A DNA stretch of 64,000 nt from positions 448,001 through 512,000 of the forward strand of contig CBDBCZ010000019.1 in assembly GCA_965203295.1 (NCBI GenBank), read 5' to 3'. The notes beneath the pieces were generated by a model. The model had not been told where the DNA came from. It saw only the letters and a list, made by a program, of their open reading frames with translations, and ran no database searches. Below, piece by piece: positions 21,177 to 31,859 of the stretch (position 1 is its first letter; each line of letters starts with the position of its first letter). Source of the stretch: Nitrospirales bacterium (lineage in GTDB: Bacteria; Nitrospirota; Nitrospiria; Nitrospirales; UBA8639). Made by a program: the position numbers and the translations under genes.

Positions 21177-22409
21177 TTACAATCGTTTATTGAGAACTTC
21201 TGAAAGAATAAGTAGGGTATGGTCGATTTCTACTTGGTTGATGATCAAGGGAGGAACCAAACGTATGACACGCTCCATCGTGCAATTCACCAGGACCTTG
21301 CGGTTCAAGCAATCCTCAACCACAGATTGCCCATCAATGGTTAATTTGATCCCTTGCATCAGGCCCATCCCACGGATTTCCTGAATGAGCGGCATACGGC
21401 TCTTGAGTTCTGACAACCTTTTGACAAGATACGCTCCCTTCTCACGGCTTTTTTCCAATACACCGCCTTCAAGCAAGATGTTGAGGACAGCGATCGCCGC
21501 ACTGCAGGCCAAAGGATTTCCTCCGAACGTGGAGGCATGAGAGCCCGGAGTAAAAATTTGAGCCACATCATCTGTTGCCAGACATGCACCAATCGGAAAT
21601 CCTCCCCCTAGGCCTTTCGCTAATGTCATGATATCGGGTTGGACGCCAAACTGTTCGTACGCGAACAAAGTTCCTGTCCGACCCATGCCCGTTTGCACTT
21701 CATCGAATATCAAGAGGATTTGGCGGTCCGTACACCATTCCCGAAGCTTCTTCAAATATTCTGGATCGGCAACATGAACTCCCCCCTCCCCTTGAATCGG
21801 TTCAATCATCACCGCAGCGGTTTTGTCACTCATGAGTTCCTGAAGGGACTCCAGATTGTTGAATGAGGCATAGCGAAAGCCCGGGACTAACGGTTCAAAG
21901 CCTTTGTGGACTTTGGACTGACCCGTTGCGGACAGGGTCGTCATGGTTCGTCCATGAAAGGAGTTTTGCATGGTGATGATTTCATAACGCTCAGGCCCAA
22001 ATTTTGTGGTGGCATATTTTCGGGCGAGTTTGATCGCGGCTTCATTGGACTCAGCTCCGCTATTACAGAAAAACACCTTTTGGGCAAAGGAATGCGTCAC
22101 AAGAAGTTTGGCGAGCTGAACCTGTGGTTCCGTGTAGTAAAGGTTAGAAATATGGATCAGTTGTCTGGCTTGACGCTCAAGAGCAGACACAAGATCTGGA
22201 TGAGCATACCCCAGGATGTTGACCGCAATCCCTGCGACACAATCCAAATATTCTCGACCTTCGGAATCATAGACCTTGGACCCACGTCCACGCGCGATCG
22301 AAAGTGGAGCACGCGTATACGTATTCATCAAATATTCAGCTGCTTGGTGTTGAATCTCTTCTGTTAGCACTGGTGTGTATCTCCGTGTGAATTCAGGCGA
22401 ATCTAGCAC
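21177..22409 (-). CDS. argD: Acetylornithine aminotransferase
   Basis: NSGAESNEAAIK, SFHGRT, DEVQTGMGRTG, LAKGLGGG, TFGGNP; start uncertain. Confidence 0.93.
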   Translation of the reverse strand: MLDSPEFTRRYTPVLTEEIQHQAAEYLMNTYTRAPLSIARGRGSKVYDSEGREYLDCVAGIAVNILGYAHPDLVSALERQARQLIHISNLYYTEPQVQLAKLLVTHSFAQKVFFCNSGAESNEAAIKLARKYATTKFGPERYEIITMQNSFHGRTMTTLSATGQSKVHKGFEPLVPGFRYASFNNLESLQELMSDKTAAVMIEPIQGEGGVHVADPEYLKKLREWCTDRQILLIFDEVQTGMGRTGTLFAYEQFGVQPDIMTLAKGLGGGFPIGACLATDDVAQIFTPGSHASTFGGNPLACSAAIAVLNILLEGGVLEKSREKGAYLVKRLSELKSRMPLIQEIRGMGLMQGIKLTIDGQSVVEDCLNRKVLVNCTMERVIRLVPPLIINQVEIDHTLLILSEVLNKRL

Positions 22410-22534
22410 ACGGATTCTGAAGGGTGCAACACAATCGGAAGGAGAGCGAGCCTTTCATTTGGCCAGTATTCGCGGGTATTCCGCACACCTGTTACCCTTG
22501 TTTGTGGTTGGGAAGGATGCTATAACCTGGGCAA

Positions 22535-23209
22535 ATGAAGGCATGTCCATCGTGTGAGCAGCAAAACCCCGACGAAGCCCAATTTTGTTCCCAATGCGGA
22601 ACGGCGCTTGGTGAGGAGCCTCTTTCACCGAAGCCACCTCCAATATTCAACGAGAAAGAGCTTTGGCAAGCCCTCATTGGTCCCAATAAGTCGATTCAAT
22701 TCTCGTGGGGAGAAGGATGGTCATGGCGTCCTGCCGGCGAATATTATTTGGGGATATTTAAACGATTTCATTCAAACTTCAGCCCTCGATTCGCACTCAC
22801 CTGGCTTTGGCCTGCTTTTTTATTTGACCCGTTTCTTTGGTTTCTCTATCGGAAGATGTACATGTATGCATTGGTCTACGCGATTGGGCCTGTGGTTTCG
22901 GCCTTTTTGACCGGGGATTTCACGGTCGGAATCGTGTGGCGCCTTATGGCAGGAGCCACTGGGAACTACATTTATTTTTGGCATTTAAAGGATCAGTTAC
23001 AGAGGATTTCCTCGCGATCCGGATTAGATCCGATGGCTCAAACTCGATTGTTGGGACAAGAGGGCGGAGTGCAGCCATATGTCTTATGGTTAGGGATTGC
23101 TCTTCATTTACTGATGATTGGAGTGCTCATCGCCGCAGTGGGAGAAGGTCCACCCGAGGAGACACAATTTCCCGAGACAGAGCCGGCAGGTGACCAGAAA
23201 TTTCTCTAA
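22535..23209 (+). CDS. Zinc-ribbon plus DUF2628-like membrane protein
   Basis: CPSC..FCSQCG; W.WPAFLF..WFLYRKMY motif; TM helices. Confidence 0.75.
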   Translation: MKACPSCEQQNPDEAQFCSQCGTALGEEPLSPKPPPIFNEKELWQALIGPNKSIQFSWGEGWSWRPAGEYYLGIFKRFHSNFSPRFALTWLWPAFLFDPFLWFLYRKMYMYALVYAIGPVVSAFLTGDFTVGIVWRLMAGATGNYIYFWHLKDQLQRISSRSGLDPMAQTRLLGQEGGVQPYVLWLGIALHLLMIGVLIAAVGEGPPEETQFPETEPAGDQKFL

Positions 23210-23247
23210 ATGATCATGGAGGAAATTCTGAACGGAACGGGGCAATA

Positions 23248-24066
23248 TTAGGTTGTTCTTTGTGTTTGTTGCCAGGCAAACCAGGCTTGAAACCATTGGT
23301 AATCACTTTCATAGGCGGTCTGAGTTGTATGACTCCTCTCCCCTTTTTCGGTGAGAAGGGTATAGGTTCTTGGCCAATTCTTCATCCACCACGATTTGAG
23401 TTCTCCTTGTGAAAAAGGTTTGTCGTTGTGTTGTCGAATGCCTGCAGCCGAGACGGTCTCGGCGATCAGGGGCCAATACCGGTCCTTTCCCATCCCTATG
23501 GCTTTAAAGTGCTCTCGGAGGAGAAAGACGACCCAGAGCTCGGCGCTGTGTTTTTTGTTGTGCTTGAAAGGTTGAGTTTGTCGTAGAGGAATCGGATCAA
23601 AATTTTTTATTGTGGATGTGTAATCTGGACCTCCATAACTTCCAGCAACCTCCGCGATTCCTTGAAGCATGTTGGCGAGTTCAATCTCGACCACAGGAGA
23701 AGGGGTAGCCGTTTCTCGGCCAAAGGGGTTGGGAGCGGTGAGCAGATCAATCAGTGGCTTCAGTTCTCGCAAACGGACCACGGCCGTTTGAAGAATTTTG
23801 GCCGATTCAAGCCAATAATCCGGGTCATTCTTCGAATGCCGTTCACAACCAGGCGGGGGTAAGACGACAGGGATCCAGTGACGAAGCAGGACAAACAGGA
23901 CATAGTTGATATCCCCTCCAACATCTTCCACTTGTTGGAAAATGCTGTGAGAGCCCTGCGCATTGAGAAAGAAGTTTTTTCCTTTCTCTCTGACCCCTAA
24001 TCTGTCAGCAAGGTATAACCACCATTCAGCCGGTGGTCGATGCGATTTGGGATCGGTCACGAACAT
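23248..24066 (-). CDS. Hypothetical protein
   Basis: 272-aa ORF; no motif recognised. Confidence 0.6.
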   Translation of the reverse strand: MFVTDPKSHRPPAEWWLYLADRLGVREKGKNFFLNAQGSHSIFQQVEDVGGDINYVLFVLLRHWIPVVLPPPGCERHSKNDPDYWLESAKILQTAVVRLRELKPLIDLLTAPNPFGRETATPSPVVEIELANMLQGIAEVAGSYGGPDYTSTIKNFDPIPLRQTQPFKHNKKHSAELWVVFLLREHFKAIGMGKDRYWPLIAETVSAAGIRQHNDKPFSQGELKSWWMKNWPRTYTLLTEKGERSHTTQTAYESDYQWFQAWFAWQQTQRTT

Positions 24067-24261
24067 TGGCCTTGATTTTTAGCGAACGAAGCAACATTGG
24101 GCGGAGTCATGGTACGGTCAGCTTTGAGGCAAAGCAAGCCATGAAAATTGGGGAACATGAGCTGAGGCAAGTTTCGTCAGAATGCCGTCATTCATCAAAA
24201 CTCAAAGCCCGTACTCCTTTGAGTGATTGTTTGCAGGTAGAGGAGGTAGAGGAGAATGATT

Positions 24262-24867
24262 ATGAAGCAGTTGGTGCTCCTTCGACATGGGGAGTCTCAA
24301 TGGAATCTGGAAAATCGGTTTACCGGTTGGGTGGATGTTCCTCTTTCTCCCAAGGGAGAGCAAGAGGCTCGCGAAGCTGGTCAGAAGCTTCAGAGTTTTC
24401 GATTTGCCCAAGCATTTACCTCCGTTTTGACTCGGGCAATCAATACGTTGACCATCGTGCTGGAGGTCATCGGTCAAACTGAGCTTCCTATTGAAAAAGA
24501 CCAAGCCCTCAATGAACGCATGTATGGGGATCTTCAAGGTCTGAATAAAGCTGAAATGGTTCAGAAGTTCGGAGAGCAACAGGTGAAGTTATGGAGGCGC
24601 AGTTACGATGTGAAGCCACCTGGCGGGGAAAGTTTAAAGGATACGGCAGATCGGGTGTTGCCGTATTACATACAACGGATTTGGCCCAAACTGTCGGTTG
24701 GCGAAACCGTTCTCGTGGTGGCTCATGGCAATAGTCTGCGGGCCTTAGTGATGCATCTCAACCGATTATCAACTGATGAAGTCTTGGAGTTAAATATCCC
24801 TACAGGCGTGCCGCTGGTCTTCGAATTGGACAAGCAGGGGAATACTCTCAACCACAGATATCTCTAG
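24262..24867 (+). CDS. gpmA: 2,3-bisphosphoglycerate-dependent phosphoglycerate mutase
   Basis: LRHGESQWN..FTGW, LNERMYG, AHGNSLR, NIPTG. Confidence 0.95.
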   Translation: MKQLVLLRHGESQWNLENRFTGWVDVPLSPKGEQEAREAGQKLQSFRFAQAFTSVLTRAINTLTIVLEVIGQTELPIEKDQALNERMYGDLQGLNKAEMVQKFGEQQVKLWRRSYDVKPPGGESLKDTADRVLPYYIQRIWPKLSVGETVLVVAHGNSLRALVMHLNRLSTDEVLELNIPTGVPLVFELDKQGNTLNHRYL

Positions 24868-24991
24868 CAGGATGTTGAAAAAGTCCGCCAGCGGCGTTCT
24901 CGGGCCTTTGTCGTGCTCACGTACTACAAGGTACGCTCCACGCGCCAAAAGCCCTGCGGTCTTGCTGGACGAGCCTTTTTGAACATCCTGC
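24867..24991. repeat. About 125-bp MITE-like palindromic repeat (copy B)
   Basis: GCAGGATGTTGAAAAAG ... CTTTTTGAACATCCTGC; internal blocks shared with copy A. Confidence 0.75.
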
Positions 24992-25020
24992 ATTGCTTTT
25001 GATGACGATCGGACATTCTT

Positions 25021-25518
25021 CTAACTAAACGTCGCTTCGATTTCGGCACTGACCTCACCTATTTCTTCGACTGGGATGGTATCAACCAAAAGGGCCAAGA
25101 GTTTTTGTTGGTCGTGTGACTCGATGGTTCCCTTCGCTTCAAGGTCAGCAACTGACTGAGATAACACCGCAATGGGTTCACCCCCCTGTTGCACAATTTC
25201 CTTATAGACTGATTCTTTGGCCTTCTGCTCTTGAAAAAATTCTTCTACAGCATGCGCCTCTAACTGAAAGGCCGCTTCCCAATTGTCCCGTATCCCTTTG
25301 AGGAGTTCTTCCATAATCTGGGATCGGATTGCTTCAGTGAAGCTGACACGAACACCAGATCCAATCCAATACAGACAAAGACCGAGGATTTCTCGCGTGA
25401 TGCTCTGGGCCTGTTCTGGAGAAAGATCGAGACCATATTCTTCAAGGATGGAGGACGGCATTCCTGGAGGAATCAGGTCAAATAGTTGAGCCGCTGCCTG
25501 TTGAATTTCTGATGCCAT
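25021..25518 (-). CDS. Hypothetical acidic helical protein
   Basis: 165-aa ORF. Confidence 0.6.
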   Translation of the reverse strand: MASEIQQAAAQLFDLIPPGMPSSILEEYGLDLSPEQAQSITREILGLCLYWIGSGVRVSFTEAIRSQIMEELLKGIRDNWEAAFQLEAHAVEEFFQEQKAKESVYKEIVQQGGEPIAVLSQSVADLEAKGTIESHDQQKLLALLVDTIPVEEIGEVSAEIEATFS

Positions 25519-25981
25519 AATCGGGTGTCAGCTTAGGAAGCCATGTTCCTTCGTTCTATTCACTGCTTATCCGAATCTGATTTCCAAGAGAAAAAAAGTT
25601 CCGAACCATCGCGACACCCTAGCAGAGATTTCCATTCGCTTACCTTCGGAGAGTTCATCTTGAAAAGAGGTGACGGTAGGATAGGGGATTAAGATGGAAT
25701 TTGAAAGGAAAGGTCAGAGTGCTGACGACAGAGTTCCTGCCTTGAAAGACGAGCCTTAATTACCTCTATTATATTGATTCGCATCTCAGTCCTTGCTCTT
25801 TTGCCAATGCGTAAAGCGAGCGCTCTAAAAGCTTTGGTAAAATTCCCTTGACACCGAAAACGGAAGAGTGCCAGGCTTCTTCCCTCACTTCTTGATCGTG
25901 TAGCTAGAGTTAGTCATTAACCCAGACCGCTGCTTATTGGGGCGGTGTTCGGTGTTGCGATCTGGTTAGGATCGCTGGTCT

Positions 25982-26368
25982 ATGACGTCCGTTCTTTTGG
26001 TGATCGCCATAATATGGATAGCTGATGGTGTCGCCCTTTTGGTCGCGCCGGTCCGAATCATAGGGCTATTGAAAAGTACCATAGAAGTCTCACGGTCTCT
26101 CATCAAGTGGTCAGGGTTCACAGCCTTCTTTGGGTTTATCCTATTGATGAGCTCGGATGAGCTACGCTATCAACCTCTTTGGTACCTTATCGGGCTTCTC
26201 ATGATCGTCAAGGGTCTCTTTTTGGTATGGGCATCGGAGTCTTTGCGTGACGGGGTCGTGGAATGGTGTTTCACAAGGGACCCTATCGATTACCGTTTTT
26301 GGGGACTTGGCCTTTGCACGTTGTCTGTTTTGTTACTGGATGCATTAGGGTGGATTCGATCGTGGTGA
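25982..26368 (+). CDS. Small four-TM membrane protein (DUF2065-like)
   Basis: Hydrophobic; DGVALLVAP start. Confidence 0.6.
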   Translation: MTSVLLVIAIIWIADGVALLVAPVRIIGLLKSTIEVSRSLIKWSGFTAFFGFILLMSSDELRYQPLWYLIGLLMIVKGLFLVWASESLRDGVVEWCFTRDPIDYRFWGLGLCTLSVLLLDALGWIRSW

Positions 26369-26369
26369 A

Positions 26370-26759
26370 GTGATGATTGCCACGTTTCTGTTGGGATTGA
26401 CGAGTTTCTTTTGGGGTGGCATGGGCATCATCATGACAGTCGTGCCTCAGATGTGGGCGTTATTCTCTATACAGATGCTTGAGAATACGTGGCATCGATT
26501 TTGGGTGACCCAGGCGATGATTTTCTCTGGGTTGGTACTCATTGTTGGGACCTCACAGTTTCAAGGTGTTTGGGTTTGGGTCATCTGTGGGGTGATGATG
26601 GTCGGAAAAGCCTGTCTCATTTTGGGGGCTTCTCAAAGTTTTCTCGCTCGACTGATTTCGCTATCCCAAGATTTTCCGAAGTGGGTCTATCGAATTGGTG
26701 GCGTCGGTATGTTGGTATTAGCCGTCCTTCTGGCTACGGACCTTATTCTCAATGGATAA
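26370..26759 (+). CDS. Small four-TM membrane protein, probable paralog of the upstream gene
   Basis: Similar size and TM pattern (GxxMxxK); adjacent. Confidence 0.6.
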   Translation: MMIATFLLGLTSFFWGGMGIIMTVVPQMWALFSIQMLENTWHRFWVTQAMIFSGLVLIVGTSQFQGVWVWVICGVMMVGKACLILGASQSFLARLISLSQDFPKWVYRIGGVGMLVLAVLLATDLILNG

Positions 26760-27063
26760 GAACCTTCTCCCTCATTTGAGGAAATTTTCTGAGATTTGGG
26801 ATGTGCATCACTCCGCGGATTGGCCAACTGATCTGGGATCGAACGAAGGAGAACTGATGATGATCGATACAGTCGTGAGTGGCTGTGTCACCTATTTCTT
26901 GGAGTCATCTGACGGACTTGATCCTCAAAGAGTCGAAATACTTCAAAGCTGTTTAACTGACCTGGACAATCTCTTTCCTGATCTCCAAGAATCAGCGATG
27001 ACGTATTTTGAGAGGATCAGAATTCTTGGTTCTTTCATGTTAAATGGGATTCCCATTCCCTAG
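26752..27063 (+). CDS. Hypothetical protein
   Basis: 103-aa ORF overlapping the upstream stop. Confidence 0.55.
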   Translation: MDKNLLPHLRKFSEIWDVHHSADWPTDLGSNEGELMMIDTVVSGCVTYFLESSDGLDPQRVEILQSCLTDLDNLFPDLQESAMTYFERIRILGSFMLNGIPIP

Positions 27064-27177
27064 AATAAGTCGTGATCCTTTTGTGAATCTTCTCATTTGA
27101 CGGGCTAAAAAGCCCTATGATATCGTCAAAAACTAGTATAGTTTGAAGGTTCTAAGCAGGAGACGAGGGTTACTACG

Positions 27178-28098
27178 ATGACCACCGGGCAAGATCTCAA
27201 AACCATTCTGAGTAAGCTCCAGTACACCGATGACGCCAAGGTTGTCCAGCAGGTGACCGAGCAAACCCGAACCGTCCAAAATCGAATGGCTGGCGTTCGA
27301 CATAAATTGGTCGTCATGAGTGGGAAAGGTGGAGTCGGGAAGAGTATGACGACGGTCAATCTTGCCCTGGCCCTTGCTCGAAATGGATTTCTGGTCGGCA
27401 TCCTGGATGTCGATTTAAATGGTCCCTGCGTACCGCAAATGTTAGGAATGCCCGGAAAACCATTGGAAATCACAGCGGAGGGGGCAATGCCCCCGATTGG
27501 TCCTCTTGGAATAAAAGTGGCCTCTATGGAGTTCTTTTTGAAAGAGTCCTCTCCGGTTCGCTGGAAGGGGCCGATGGATTTGAGCCCCGTATGGTTAGGC
27601 CTCATGGAAATGAATGTCATCAGAGAATTTTTAGGCGATATCGTATGGGGAGAGCTTGATTTCCTTTTGGCTGATCTGCCGCCGGGAGCGGCGGCTGACA
27701 AACCACCGGTCATCGCAGGGTTTTTGCCTGACTTAGCAGGCGCTCTTGTGGTCACCACTCCCTCGGAAGTCGCGTCGAATGTTGTCCAGAAGTCTATTGG
27801 ATATGCGCAGGAATTGGGAATATCCGTGTTGGGCATCATTGAAAACATGAGTCAATACCGTTGTCCAACCTGTGGTGCAGAGAATGAATTATTTGAGGGG
27901 AATACCCAAGGAATGTGCGAAGCCCTGAATATACCGCTGATGGGTCGGATTCCTTTTGATCGAAGTTTTGCTCGAACGTTTGATAAGGGGAACCCCATAT
28001 TGGATGGTTCCCACCCCACGATTCAACGCTTCCAGGAAATCGCCGAACGAATTCAAACCTTGATTGACTATAAGAAGGTGCTGGCAGAAAAACTCTAA
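27178..28098 (+). CDS. mrp: Mrp/NBP35 (ApbC) Fe-S carrier ATPase
   Basis: SGKGGVGKS, WGELDFLLADLPPG, ENMSQYRCPTC. Confidence 0.88.
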   Translation: MTTGQDLKTILSKLQYTDDAKVVQQVTEQTRTVQNRMAGVRHKLVVMSGKGGVGKSMTTVNLALALARNGFLVGILDVDLNGPCVPQMLGMPGKPLEITAEGAMPPIGPLGIKVASMEFFLKESSPVRWKGPMDLSPVWLGLMEMNVIREFLGDIVWGELDFLLADLPPGAAADKPPVIAGFLPDLAGALVVTTPSEVASNVVQKSIGYAQELGISVLGIIENMSQYRCPTCGAENELFEGNTQGMCEALNIPLMGRIPFDRSFARTFDKGNPILDGSHPTIQRFQEIAERIQTLIDYKKVLAEKL

Positions 28099-28152
28099 AT
28101 ATGGTCGGTCCCCCTTATATTTTGAAAGAATAGGGGACCTGAGGAGTCACTT

Positions 28153-28905
28153 ATGAAATTTGTATGCTTGAACTGTGAAACATACATGAGTTTTGAAAAA
28201 GTTGAGAAGCCAGCTGAAGGCTCACTTGGGGTGTTTTTTGCTTGCCCCTCCTGCCAGGCCAAATTTTCGATGGTGACGAATCCTGGCGAAACGCAGATGG
28301 TGAGTTCGCTAGGTGTTCAGCTTGGAGGCCGGGAGGCTGCTCCTGCCCCTCTTGAAATGACTCGAAATACTCTCAGGGAAGAAGTCGGAGCTGGCGCCGG
28401 GCAAATGGCTGCGTATCTGAATGAAAAAATTCAGGCTGGGCAAGCATCTGCTCCCCAAAGAAGTTCTGCTGGAAAGACGGGAGAAGGATCAGAAGGAAGG
28501 TGTCCCTTCTCGGCCATGGTTGCCCAAATGGGTTTGACCTCAGGTGGGCAAACAACGGGCACGACTGGAACAGAATCGGAACTCATTTGGACTCCGGATG
28601 CAAAGGAACGCCTTGAACAGTTACCTTCATTTGTTCAGCCTATGGTGCGGGGAAGTGTGGAAACCTATGCTCGTAAGAATAGTTTTTCCAAGGTCACGCT
28701 TCAGGTCATGGGTGATTCGAAGAACGCGTCATCAGATGGCATTGCTTGGTCCCCAGATGCAGAGCAGCGTCTGAAAAACATCCCGGAATTTATCCAACCA
28801 ATGGCCCGCAAAGAAATCGAGCGGTTAGCCAAAGAGCGTGGTGCGACAACTGTCTCCGCTGAACTCATAGATGAAGCCAAGGATAAATTTATGAAGTTTA
28901 TGTGA
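28153..28905 (+). CDS. CxxC..CxxC protein with two PCP_red-like domains
   Basis: CLNC..CPSC; WTPDAKERLEQLPSFVQPMVR and WSPDAEQRLKNIPEFIQPMAR repeats. Confidence 0.78.
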   Translation: MKFVCLNCETYMSFEKVEKPAEGSLGVFFACPSCQAKFSMVTNPGETQMVSSLGVQLGGREAAPAPLEMTRNTLREEVGAGAGQMAAYLNEKIQAGQASAPQRSSAGKTGEGSEGRCPFSAMVAQMGLTSGGQTTGTTGTESELIWTPDAKERLEQLPSFVQPMVRGSVETYARKNSFSKVTLQVMGDSKNASSDGIAWSPDAEQRLKNIPEFIQPMARKEIERLAKERGATTVSAELIDEAKDKFMKFM

Positions 28906-28925
28906 AGCAGTTTTATATAGATCGT

Positions 28926-28962
28926 AAAAAGGGCGACTCATGAAAATGAGTCGCCTTTTTTT
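28926..28962 (+). terminator. Rho-independent terminator, possibly bidirectional
   Basis: A5-GGGCGACTCAT-GAAA-ATGAGTCGCC-T7. Confidence 0.85.
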
Positions 28963-28972
28963 ATTCCTCTTG

Positions 28973-29107
28973 CGTCATTCCCGACATCTTTTATCGGGAA
29001 TTCAGATATTCATTTAGCGGGGTTTCACCCCCGCACGACAGGTCCTTTCGTCTTGGCTCAGGACAGACTTTTGGTTTCAGCAAAAGGACCGAAATCAATA
29101 TTTCGCG
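28973..29107 (-). repeat. Composite repeat (left flank of low-GC island)
   Basis: Reverse complement is homologous to 31982-32097. Confidence 0.65.
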
Positions 29108-29245
29108 TGGATTACCTCCAAAATAAGAGCCTATTTTGCCTCATACGAAGATGAAGTATCTTTCTGGTAAAATCATGACTTGAATTGATTCTTGATAAAG
29201 AAGAACTTACTGAAAATACCTTGTAAAGAAACCAGAAAAATATTT

Positions 29246-31726
29246 ATGACTGAAAAGCGACGAATAATACGAGTTTTCTTGGCTTCTCCTGGTGATCTAA
29301 TGAAGGAACGGTTGGCGGCAAAAGAAGTCGTCGACGAGTTCAATAGCCAGTTAGCCGAGCATTTTGGCTGTCATATTGAATTAATGAGCTGGGAAGATAC
29401 CCTTCCGTCTTATGGACGCCCACAGTCTCTGATCAATCAAGATTTAGAGCGCTGTGAGCTCTTTATTGGAATGGTGTGGATGTGTTGGGGGACCCCACTT
29501 GATAAGGATGGCTCGTATAGTTCAGGTTTCGAGGAAGAATTTGAACTTTCAATTACTCGAAGAAGGGAGACGACAGAACCAGAGATAACAATGTTCTTTA
29601 AGGACATTGATGAAGATAGATTGAAAGATCCTGGGCCAGAGCTAGCAAAAGTAATAAATTTTAGAAATAAGCTTATTGCTGAAAAAGAAATTTTCTTTGA
29701 TACTTTCCAAGATGAAACTACATTTCAGAAAAAATTTCGTAGAACAATCCAAGGTTACGTAACACGAGTGTATGACTTTGAAAAAAACGAACATGGGGTC
29801 GAAGACCATGTGAAAGCAAACGAGCCAAATTTAAATAACAGCATTGCATCGAATAAAAAGGCATCAGATTATCTCTTTTCAACAGAAGGCCGTACTTTTT
29901 TGCATGAGTTTTTAAAAAAAAGCAGAGAACGAAGAAAGCTTAAAGGAGATTTCCCCTCTAGAAGTTTCTAGATTCAGATTGTTAGCAAATGTTTTATCTA
30001 AACCTGGCAATGATTCTCCTTCTCTCGGTGTTCATGACGCTAATATTATCTTTTTAAATAGAAAAGTTGTGGATTTTTGGAAACAAGAGATTTCAAAGTT
30101 AGTAGATTTTGGCCTAAAAAACATCAAAAACGAGAATGTTCCACTTTGGTATTGGTATTCACTTATTGAAAAAAGCCTTCCTGGCTTTATTGCGTATAGA
30201 ACTTTCTCTATTTTTGAAGACGATAAGAGAGTTGGTGCATTAGAAGCCATGCGTTTAATCGGAGCGAAAATAAAATTACCGATTAGCGTTGATTTAAGCA
30301 GAGCTAAATTTATTGAGGGTTGGTTTTTAGATGACACCTCCTCACATGTTAAGCTCGCCGCTTTAAATTATTTAAAGCATCATGGTGAGTACGAAGATTG
30401 CCAGTTGTTCAAGCCGAATTCGACCGAAAGGATTACCAAACTACAAGATCTTCCATCGAGACATTATTAAGCATTCAACTTCGTAATGATAAGAATGAGG
30501 CAGCCAAAGTTGCCCTCAGTACGCAGTTTGAAACTCTTGATGGCAATTTAATTCAACAAATTGTTTCCGGCGAGTTAGCAGTGGACGAAGAAATTCTTCG
30601 ACTTGGATTGAAACACCGTAACGTCGATATCCGTTTAGCTTGCGTTAATAAACTAAACGCAAACAATCAATTAAACATCGATGATGCCGAATCTTTGGCC
30701 AATGACAATGTTGCGTCAATCAGAAACGCTGCACTAAATATGTTGTTAACCCTTGACCAGTCATTGATGGAAGAAGAAATAAAAAAAATACTTGTTAAAC
30801 CTATAGCAATGCCAGGATTTGAGCTTTTTTCAATCGCAAATAAGCGTGATGAAGAGGGAGAAAAATATTATGAAATGTTTTTGTTGAACAGATACTCTCA
30901 AATGGACGAAGCGGTACTTCTTCAGAGGATCAAAAGCAGCTCAATTTACGACGAATTACCATATTTCGCATTGTGCTGGAGATATTTTAAAAAATATGCC
31001 CCCGACCTTAGAGAGAAAATTGATAATGAATTTAAAGAACACTTCGAAAATTCGATAAACAGAATGGTGGAAAAATATAGGAACGAGCAATCAGCTTCTC
31101 TTGTGCAACAGACGCGTAAATTAGAGGAATTCTTAAGGCAAAAATTACTCAGAAAAGGCTTAGATATTCTTTGCAGAAAATATGATGCCGAAGACATTCA
31201 CCGTATTCGAAAGAATTTACGAGATGGGCTTGTCAGGAGTTCAGTCGATGAAATTCAATATCTCAAAAAATTCGGAGAATGGGATGACATACCTTACATT
31301 ATTAAGGCGGAGAATAGTGAAATGCCGTCTGATTTCCATTCATTATTTTCAAGGGACGATCAATGGTATATTTTAATTGCCGAGGCAATTTATTGCATTG
31401 GCAACTCGAGACTTGAAGAGTTACTGAAATTTGATATTCCAGATCGCGTATTTGTCGAATTGATAAATGTATGTTCAATCTCGAAGTTTTCTGAGCTCTC
31501 AAGGGAAATTATCCTCACAATAATGTACAACGAGAGAGAGGAAATACGAAAAGCCTGTTCATTAGAATGCATACAATCCTTCAATAAATCTACCTTGAGA
31601 AATGTTCTTGACGAATACCTGGGAAGCGACAACCGTTATTACAATGTAATCCATTGGCTAGATTTTGGTATTTGCATGAAGAAGAAGACAATAAGAAACG
31701 CCATAAATATTATCTCGAATAGTTAA
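29246..31726 (+). pseudogene. DUF4062 N-terminal domain plus HEAT/helical-repeat protein, split into three ORFs by two 1-nt frameshifts
   Basis: RVFLASPGDL..ER..WED..RPQSLIN..ELFIG..WGTP..SGFEEEF. Removing one A in the A8 run (29914-29921) and adding one T near 30398 joins ORFs 29192, 29979 and 30398. Visibly AT-rich. Confidence 0.7.
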
Positions 31727-31859
31727 ACTATTTCAGGAATGAAATCCTTAATACGGGGTCATAAATAGGGTCGGGCATGAGTATTGAGTTTTAGTTTATA
31801 TCGGCTTTTGCACCGCACAGTTTGAAAAGGGGTATGTTGCTCAATTAATTCCAACGCCT

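Noticed and set aside
25870..25980. Possible riboswitch-like leader before the membrane-protein operon
   Set aside because: Only one imperfect hairpin and no recognisable aptamer motif
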